Assembly: GCF_006345805.1 (NCBI RefSeq)
Contig: NW_021829271.1
Coordinates: forward strand, 1-6,607
DNA from: Octopus sinensis
Taxonomy: Eukaryota
Direction of reading: 5' to 3'
DNA: 6,607 nt
In this document: piece by piece, positions 1 to 6,453 of the stretch
Layout: the number at the start of each line of letters is the position of its first letter
Numbering within the stretch: position 1 is the first letter of the stretch
Made by a program: the position numbers and the translations under genes
Notes under the pieces: model-generated
The model's database searches: none
What the model saw: the letters and a program-made list of their open reading frames with translations, nothing else
What the model was told of the DNA's origin: nothing

Positions 1-116
1 TTTGGTCGGCCCGAGGCTATAGTAGATGACACTTGCCCAAGGTGCCACGCAGTGGAACTGAACCCAGAACCATGTGGTTTGGTAAGCAACTACTTACCAA
101 CAGCCTCCTGCGCCTA
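1..116 (-). mobile_element. tRNA-derived SINE family A, 5' head portion (cut by window edge)
   Basis: The reverse complement begins TAGGCGCAGGAGGCTGTTGGTAAGTAG...GGTTCAGTTCC (degenerate A box, B box). It is collinear with 1979-2097 and with the reverse complement of the 2760-2880 region. Confidence 0.9.
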
Positions 117-180
117 TAGTCGGAGTGGAAACTACTTGAAAGTTCGCAAGGAAGGAAATTAAAAAAAAGAACTAATATTA

Positions 181-686
181 GCCAATCATTTGACCAGTGA
201 AAGAGACCCCCTAAAAGACAAGTGACAAGAACTTCGCACTTGACTCACAAATCTACAAAACCACATGGATGAGTTAATCAGTCGGTGTAAGAAATTAGTA
301 GATACAAAAGCAAGTAAGTGCAATGGAAATAATTGGAAAGATATAAAGGAAACCTTTATCAATGTTAACCAACAGCGCTGGACTTGTCGAGAAACGGCAG
401 TGAATCGGTGCAGGTAATGTACAGTACGTAGAAACATCTAAAATTGAGAAAGAATATATAGAAAGACAAGGAAGCAACAATAGAGAACAGTTGATGCTTA
501 GAAATATCATATAAGAAATGCTGATTGTTAAGAAAAGCAGGATCCTTTACCTCTTTGATAGAGGTGGCAAAAATATTTTTAAATGAAGATAAAAATTATG
601 ATGAAGGTGGATTATATTTATTGAAATGTCTTGTAGAATTAGTCGCATCAAGAGACGGCTTGCCTTCAGCAACAGCGACCACGTAA
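181..686 (+). pseudogene. Possible decayed protein-coding relic (coiled-coil/helical-repeat-like), unidentified
   Basis: Purine-rich + strand. Frame 181-414 reads ANHLTSERDPLKDK*QELRT*LTNLQNHMDELISRCKKL, with two TGA stops that could be CGA decay. Frame 525-683 is stop-free: LLRKAGSFTSLIEVAKIFLNEDKNYDEGGLYLLKCLVELVASRDGLPSATATT. No family recognised with certainty. Confidence 0.25.
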
Positions 687-695
687 TTTTACTGT

Positions 696-710
696 TGCGA
701 GTGTATATAT
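696..710 (+). repeat. Target site duplication, left copy (partner 1213-1227)
   Basis: Exact 15-mer TGCGAGTGTATATAT on both sides. The final AT overlaps the element tail, so the TSD is 13-15 bp. Confidence 0.92.
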
Positions 711-1212
711 CACCTTGATCACCTTGACTGACCAGTCCGTCAGGCGTCCATTTGACACCGCTGGTCACAGCACGCTGTCCACTCCTCTCTGGATCGCGAC
801 TTTCTCATCCACGTGATCCCAATCGTCCTCCTGAAATCGTAACTCCACCGTCGTGGAGGCCTTCCGGGTGGTCGTTTCCGCTCGCGCGGGTACCACTCGA
901 CAACTGCGCGGGTCCACCGATTATCGGTGAGCTGGGCGACTTGTCCAGCCCATCTAAACTTGCTGCGTGTATACTCTGCGATGAAATCCCTCACACCGGA
1001 CTTCTTTCTGGTGATCTCGCTACTTATGTGCTCTCTCAATGAGATATCAAGCAACAACCTTTCCATGGGTCTTTGAGCCGTTACCAGTCTCTGCTCTTCT
1101 CTCTTTGTGGTAGCCCATGTTTCATTACCATATAACGTTGAAGGTAGAACTGTACTGTTGATGAGGTTGGCGTGGGTGATCCTGTCCAACCCTCCCTTGA
1201 GCACATCCCTTA
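711..1212 (-). mobile_element. 5'-truncated RTE-clade non-LTR retrotransposon (C-terminal ORF end, short 3' UTR, tandem-repeat tail)
   Basis: ORF 740-1204 has RTE C-terminal motifs: VLPSTLYGNETW, RWAGQVAQ..D.RW, WYPRERKRPPGRPPRRW, W...SREEW. The 3' tail is (CAAGGTGAT)2. TGCGAGTGTATATAT flanks it at 696-710 and 1213-1227. Confidence 0.93.
740..1204 (-). pseudogene. RTE reverse transcriptase polyprotein C-terminal fragment (stop-free; the first codon is GTG inside a truncated frame, not a real start)
   Basis: The 154-aa translation matches the recalled RTE post-RT C-terminal pattern. The canonical WAGH reads WAGQ here. The 5' end is cut at the TSD. Confidence 0.88.
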
Positions 1213-1681
1213 TGCGAGTGTATATATATGGTGGATAAATGAAATTTTAGCAATATTTTTTTTCCCTCGGTGGTAATGATGCATCGGACTGCATATCAAC
1301 GAAGTCAGCACATTTGCTGAAACACAACTGTTTCCCGGTGAGATACACACTCACACACACGCAAGATCTGTAAAAGCAGAAATGTGATATATCTCGAATG
1401 CTCGAATTCTAAAGAAATATGTAATGGCGAGACAGGAAATTCACTACTGGAACTCACGCAAATACACAAGCAACTAATTAGGGATCCTCGTGTTCATCAG
1501 ATGCCATTAATCAATCACTTAGAAATATGCAAGAAAAAGATGTTATTATTTTTTTTTTTTTTAATATTTCCATTTTACAAAGATTATAACTCAAGGGAAG
1601 TTAGAAGAGAAACGAATGTTTTTGCGAAGTTCAGACCCGTTCTGAATAGACAATAAATATGAAAATTAATATCAATATTGA

Positions 1682-2097
1682 TTTTACTCTTTTACTCTTT
1701 TACTTGTTTCAGTCATTTGACTGCGGCCATGCAGGAGCACCGCCTTTAGTCGAGCAAATCGACCCCGGGACTAATTCTTTGTAAGCCCAGTACTTATTCT
1801 ATCGGTCTCTTTTGCCGAATCGCTAAGTGACGGAGACGTAAACACACCAGCATCGGTTGTCAAGAAATGCTAGGGGGACAAACACAGACACACAAACACA
1901 CACATACACATATATATATGTATACATATATACGACAGGCTTCTTTCAGTTTCCGTCTACCAAATCAACTCACAAGGCATTGGTCGGCCCGGGGCTATAG
2001 CAGAAGACACTTGCCAAAGATGCCACGCACTGGGACTGAACCCGGAACCATGTGGTTGGTAAGCAAGCTACTTACCACACAGCCACTCCTGCGCCTA
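1682..2097 (-). mobile_element. Full-length tRNA-derived SINE family A (~415 bp; resembles octopus SINEs as recalled)
   Basis: On the minus strand: head TAGGCGCAGGAG, A box TGGCTGTGTGG, B box GGTTCAGTCCC, internal (TA)/(TG) microsatellite, 3' body and (AGTAAAAG)n tail at 1682-1703. Confidence 0.92.
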
Positions 2098-2733
2098 TTT
2101 GAATATAATTTTATAAGAAAACAGAAGGAAAAAGTGCGTGTAGTTATATTGACAATAATTTTTAAATTATTTCCATTTAAATGCACGGAAACATCAGCAG
2201 AAAAACTGCTGTTGTTTGCAAACATTTACCTAAGGCTTGCGATGATTCATGAAATTTGTTAAACATGAAGAGTAACAGGAAAAAAATTACATTGTGAATT
2301 CCGAACACGTTTAAAAGGGACAATAACATTAATTTGAATTTGAATTTAATTTCGTTAAAACTTTTTTTCAAGGCTAGAAGACTTTTAGGGTTGTGTATCG
2401 GATATTTCTCAACATGTGATTGTAACCGAATCTTCCATCGTTGATTCTTATTGGCAAGCGTGTTTCTATGAATAAGCGCAGACGATACCAACTGAGTAGT
2501 AGTCTCGTTTCTCAACACGTGACGGCTAAGCTGCACGGTGATTCATTAGAATAGCTTTTAGTTAAGTTTCAGTCAGCTGAGAAGGTGTTTGAAGAAGAAA
2601 CTCGTCCATTTTTCTACAGTTGTCGAAAGTGAAATAATTTAGTTCTTTGACAATGTCATAACAGAAACGTTTACATGAATATCTATGAACACAGGAACAG
2701 CTTATATAAACTATCGGAATTTGAATGACTAAT

Positions 2734-3148
2734 ATAGGAGTGGCTGTGTGGTAAGTGGCTAGGCATAGGAGTGGCGGTGTGGTAAGTAGCTTGCTTATCA
2801 CCAACATGGTTCCGGGTTCAATCCCACTGCATGACACCTTGGGTAAGTGTCTTCTACTATAGCCTCAGGCCGTCCAAAGCCTTGTGAGTGGATTTGGTAG
2901 ACGGAATCTGACGGATGTCCGTCGTATATATGTATATATATATACAAGTGAGTGTATGTGTGTTTGTGTGTCTGTGTTTGTCCCCCCAAAATCACTTGAC
3001 AACCGATGCTCGTGTGTTTACGTCCCCGTAACTTAGTGGTTCGGCAAAAGAGACCGATAGAATAAGTACTAGGCTTACAAAGAATAAGTCCTGGGGTCGA
3101 TTTGCTCTAGCATGGCCACAGTCAAATGACTGAAACAAGTAAAGGAGT
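2734..3148 (+). mobile_element. Full-length SINE family A copy with duplicated head and a 17-nt internal deletion
   Basis: Collinear with the reverse complement of 1682-2097. A boxes at 2741-2751 and 2772-2782, B box GGTTCAATCCC at 2815-2825, tail ends AAGTAAAGGAG. Confidence 0.92.
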
Positions 3149-3370
3149 ATATATATATTATATATATATATATTATATATATATATATATACACATATGT
3201 ATATATATATCTATTATATATATATATAATATATATAATATATATATAATATACATATACATATATATATATACACACACAGACATATATATATATATAT
3301 ATATGTATATACATATATATACACATACATTTAAATATATATATATTATATATATATACAAATATATATT
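3149..3370. repeat. Complex (TA)n microsatellite
   Basis: Near-continuous TA/TTA/CA dinucleotide runs. Confidence 0.95.
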
Positions 3371-3596
3371 TAATGTAGGATAAGTTTTTTCGAAAACAAA
3401 AATTTATCAATGGCCAGCATATTCAAAAATAACTTTAAAGTTTAAATTTATAAACAACTTATAAATAAGGGCAAACGAAAAAAATTTCTAATGCCAAATA
3501 TGCCGAAATTAGACAAATTATCTATAACCATATAATTTTTCACAATACGCACGCTACTCGAAAAAGGTGGACATAGTTTTCTAAAAATTTGCATTA

Positions 3597-3665
3597 TTAC
3601 CATATTGGACCGATTTCAAGGTTAGTTCATAAGAACCTTCCCTTCGTCAGTGATAAATGTGGCAA
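3597..3665 (-). ncRNA. Type I hammerhead ribozyme motif, copy L (probably partly decayed)
   Basis: RNA: UUGCCA-CAUU-UAUCA-CUGACGA-AGGG AA GGUUC UUAU GAACU AA CCUU-GAAA-UCG-GUC^CAAUA-UGGUAA. Core boxes at 3650-3644 and 3617-3614; cleavage triplet GUC at 3610-3608. Confidence 0.65.
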
Positions 3666-3957
3666 AGAAATAAATGAGATACTTACTCATACCCATGGAA
3701 GAAGCAAACACTAAGTCATGAGCACAATTAAGTACCCCAAATACATCCAAAATAGAAATGCTCCAGCCCATTCGAGACACGTGCGATTTGAACTGAGGGT
3801 CTCACAGAGTCCGGAAGTGAACACTTTTAAATTTATATTTAATGTAGAATAATGGGCTGGAGAATTTCTATTTTGGATGTATTTGGGGTGCTTAATTGTG
3901 CTCATGACTTAGTATTTGCTTCTTCCATGGATATGAGTAAGTATCTCATTTATTTCT

Positions 3958-4026
3958 TTGCCACATTTATCACTGACGAAGGGAGGGTTCTTATGAACTA
4001 AACCTGAAATTGGTCCGATATGGTAA
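3958..4026 (+). ncRNA. Type I hammerhead ribozyme motif, copy R (probably partly decayed)
   Basis: CUGACGA at 3973-3979; stem II AGG..GGUUC-UUAU-GAACU..CCU; GAAA at 4006-4009; GUC at 4013-4015. Stem I is UAUC/GAUA plus UUGCCA/UGGUAA with a CAUU bulge. Confidence 0.7.
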
Positions 4027-4170
4027 TAATGGAATTTTTTAGAAATTAATTTCCACTTTTTTCGAGTAGCGTGCATATTGTGAAAAATTATATGGTTATA
4101 GAAAATTTGTCAAATTTCGGCATATTTGGCATTAGAAATTTTTTCGTCTGACCTTATTTATAAGTTTTTT

Positions 4171-4197
4171 ATATAGAAATATATATATATATGTATA

Positions 4198-4251
<54 letters not shown>

Positions 4252-4268
4252 ATAATATAATATATATA

Positions 4269-4300
<32 letters not shown>

Positions 4301-4437
4301 GTATGTACATATACGTATGTATATATGCATATATATATATATATGCCATAATATAAATAATGTATAAATAGGTGTATATATATACACACACACACACATA
4401 TGCCTACATATATATGTATATATACATGCATATATGG
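4171..4437. repeat. Complex (TA)n/(CA)n microsatellite
   Basis: Long TA runs directly after the right arm of the inverted repeat. Confidence 0.95.
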
Positions 4438-4795
4438 GTACAGGACACCAAAAAAAGTAGAAAAAATGAGAAACGAGAATATAAAAAACAAAAACTTAGG
4501 AAACGAACTTTTTTTCGAACTATGAAAGAAACAAACACACAGAGAAACGAGACATCAGATGACCCCTGTTTTATCCACTCCGCGTTGCCAAGGTAGGGAT
4601 AAGACGCGACTTCGTTAAAACAGTCTTCCCGCAAAGCAAATTAAATGAAATTTTGGATTTTTTGCGGAGGGTGAAAGTGGTAACAAAAACAGGACAGTGA
4701 GAGTAAAACGGGATAGACAAACGGTGAGACGATGTGAAGTTGTGAATGCTGGAAAAACGAGCTTTGAGAAGAGACAGGTCTTAGAGAGGGTAGAT

Positions 4796-5115
4796 AGAAG
4801 TAGGCATACCGTTTCTTAATAAGAATGTGCTATTTTCATTTCTTTATTTCTTTTTTAGGATAACAATTCAATGATTCTATGTTCTTTTTAATGCAGGAAA
4901 AAAGTGGTCGAACGGTCAGTGTTACTACTGAAGAAATTGAAATATTTGTGGCTCAAACATTCACCAAAAACAAATCAATAGAGAGATCTTCCTACGAACC
5001 AGGCATCACCCGCAGATCCCTTGCTCAATTCATGAATTGCTTTCTTAAAAAAGAAATAGAGAAATGAAAAAAAAAAACTAACACATTCCTATAAAGCAAC
5101 TGTATGCCTACTTCT
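4796..5115. mobile_element. MITE-like inverted-repeat element (~75-83-nt arms) with possible Tc1/mariner transposase HTH remnant on +
   Basis: AGAAGTAGGCATAC...CAATTCA (4796-4870) pairs with TGAATTG...GTATGCCTACTTCT (5033-5115). The interior encodes KSGRTVSVTTEEIEIFVAQTFTKNKSIERSSYEPGITRRSL. No clean TSD. Confidence 0.5.
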
Positions 5116-5175
5116 GTTCACACAGTTTATACACATACACATGTATGGAAAAATAGCAAAGATATGAATACAAAA

Positions 5176-5180
<5 letters not shown>

Positions 5181-5222
<42 letters not shown>

Positions 5223-5230
5223 TATAATAT
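5181..5230. repeat. (TA)n microsatellite
   Basis: Visible TA run. Confidence 0.95.
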
Positions 5231-5340
5231 AAAGAATATGAGTCGAACGAAGAGTCGAACAAAATGTTTATTTTACTCTCGACACATGTTTCGAAGACAG
5301 CATGTTTTTATTCCAAAGGATAAAGGGTGCATTATGCAAT

Positions 5341-5383
5341 TGTATATATATATATACATATATACATACATAACATACATACA

Positions 5384-5415
<32 letters not shown>

Positions 5416-5460
5416 AATACATGTGTTTGTGTGTATATACACACATACGTATATATACAT

Positions 5461-5504
<44 letters not shown>

Positions 5505-5600
5505 AAATATGTGCGTCTGTCTGAGCCCGTGTGTATGTGTGTCTGTGTCTGTGTGTGTCTGTATGTATCTGTGTTTGTGTGTCTGTCTGTGTGAGTGTAT
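5341..5600. repeat. Compound microsatellite (TA)n, (TACA)n, (TG)n/(TGTC)n
   Basis: Visible runs; these account for the low-complexity ORFs in the track. Confidence 0.93.
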
Positions 5601-5834
5601 CCGTGTCTCCTTGAGCACATGCTGTGTGTGCATATGAACAGATAATATATTTTTCTGTAAATGCATTTAAGAACAATAACCTCATTAGAAGATATTACGG
5701 GCATGGAATAGAAATGTATTCATCTCATGTATAGATAACTGCAATTCAGGAAGAGCATCTGATACGAATACCATACGTACCTGTATACATAAACGTATGT
5801 ATCTATATTTATGTATGCATGCATGTATGATTTT

Positions 5835-5957
5835 ATACATACATACATACATACATACATACATACATACATACATACATACATACATACATACATACAT
5901 ACATACATAAATAAGTATATATATATATATATAAACATATATAAACATATATATATG
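5835..5957. repeat. (ATAC)n tract followed by (TA)n
   Basis: About 18 consecutive ATAC units at 5835-5908. Confidence 0.96.
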
Positions 5958-5964
5958 TAAGCGT

Positions 5965-6195
5965 GGCGGCGAGCTGGCAGAGACGTTAGCACGCCGGGCG
6001 AAATGCTTAGCAGTATTTCGTCTGTCGCTACGTTCTGAGTTCAAATTCCGCCGACGTCGACTTTGCCTTTCATCCTTTCGGGGTCGATAAATTAAGTACC
6101 AGTTACGAACTGGGGTCGATGTAATCGACTTAATACCTATGTCTGTCCTTGTTTGTGCCCTCTGTGTTTAGCCCCTTGTGGGTAGTAAAGAAATA
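5965..6195 (+). mobile_element. tRNA-derived SINE family B, apparently full length
   Basis: Head GGCGGCGAGCTGGCAGAGACGTTAG, B box GAGTTCAAATTCC, core GCCTTTCATCCTTTCGGGGTCGATAAATTAAGTACC, 3' end GTGGGTAGTAAAGAAATA. Confidence 0.85.
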
Positions 6196-6232
6196 TATAT
6201 ATATACATAAAAACGTATTCATGTTTACATAC

Positions 6233-6359
6233 ATTCTTTTCTACTCTAGGCACAAGGCAGGAAATTTTGGGGGAGGGGTCCAGTCCATTAAATGGACACC
6301 AGTACGTAACTGGTACTTAATTTATCGACTCTGAAATAATGAAAGGCAAAGTCGACCTC
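6233..6359 (-). mobile_element. 5'-truncated SINE sharing the family B core but with a different 3' end
   Basis: The reverse complement GAGGTCGACTTTGCCTTTCATTATTTCAGAGTCGATAAATTAAGTACCAGTTACG matches 6053-6110, then diverges into CCCCTCCCCCAAAATTTCCTGCCTTGTGCCTAGAGTAGAAAAG. Confidence 0.85.
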
Positions 6360-6453
6360 TGTGTTTACATATATTAATAAAGCTAAGTAAATGAATGAAT
6401 CTATAACAATAGAGTAAAATGTAGTACGTATCTTCACTTGTACTATATATTAT

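Larger units (their letters stand above)
3360..4173. mobile_element. Non-coding hammerhead-ribozyme element (retrozyme-like or Penelope-derived) as a head-to-head inverted duplication
   Basis: Inverted arms 3449-3772 and 3851-4173, one hammerhead motif per arm, 24-nt direct repeats at 3360-3383 and 3829-3852, (TA)n on both flanks, no convincing ORF. Confidence 0.6.
3449..4173. repeat. Long inverted repeat: arms ~324 and ~323 nt, 78-nt spacer (3773-3850)
   Basis: Inner ends CTCCAGCCCATT / AATGGGCTGGAG; outer ends TATAAACAACTTATAAATAAGG / CCTTATTTATAAGTTTTTTATA. Manual count gives about 22 substitutions and 1 indel. Confidence 0.97.

Noticed and set aside
711-780. Possible shared 3' end between the RTE and SINE family A (GTCAAATG in both)
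   Set aside because: Only an 8-nt match, and the tails differ (CAAGGTGAT vs AGTAAAAG), so a SINE-LINE partnership is not supported.
752-1042. 96-aa + strand ORF
   Set aside because: It is the antisense shadow of the RTE coding frame.
1450-1516. CTGATGA on the minus strand (1500-1494) followed by a 7-bp stem ACACGAG/CTTGTGT
   Set aside because: The stem is followed by ATTT, not GAAA, and there is no stem I or III partner, so it is not a hammerhead.
2195-2211. Perfect hairpin CAGCAG-AAAAA-CTGCTG
   Set aside because: A 6-bp stem is expected by chance and has no supporting context.
1867-2995. ORFs 1867-2262, 2562-2837 and 2798-2995
   Set aside because: They are largely translations of SINE family A sequence; the same peptide recurs in both copies.
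3380-4170. ATAAGTTTTTT at 3380-3390 and 4160-4170 as a TSD
   Set aside because: The right copy is part of the inverted arm itself. It is better explained by an internal stem of the unit or by low complexity.
4897-4914. Possible 18-nt in-frame microexon (CAG|GAAAAAAGTGGTCGAACG|GTCAGT)
   Set aside because: Splice-like sites are common by chance, there is no transcript evidence, and the frame continues with transposase-like residues.
5262-5300. Minus-strand CGAAACATGTGTC-GAGAG-TAAAATAAA resembling the 3' half of a Penelope-type hammerhead plus poly(A) signal
   Set aside because: No CUGANGA box or CUCUC stem I partner was found upstream. At best it is a relic half, and it is not supportable as a ribozyme.
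3075-6044. Many long ORFs rich in Y/I/V/C/M/H/T in the supplied track
   Set aside because: They are translations of (TA)n, (TACA)n and (TG)n microsatellites that lack stops in some frames.
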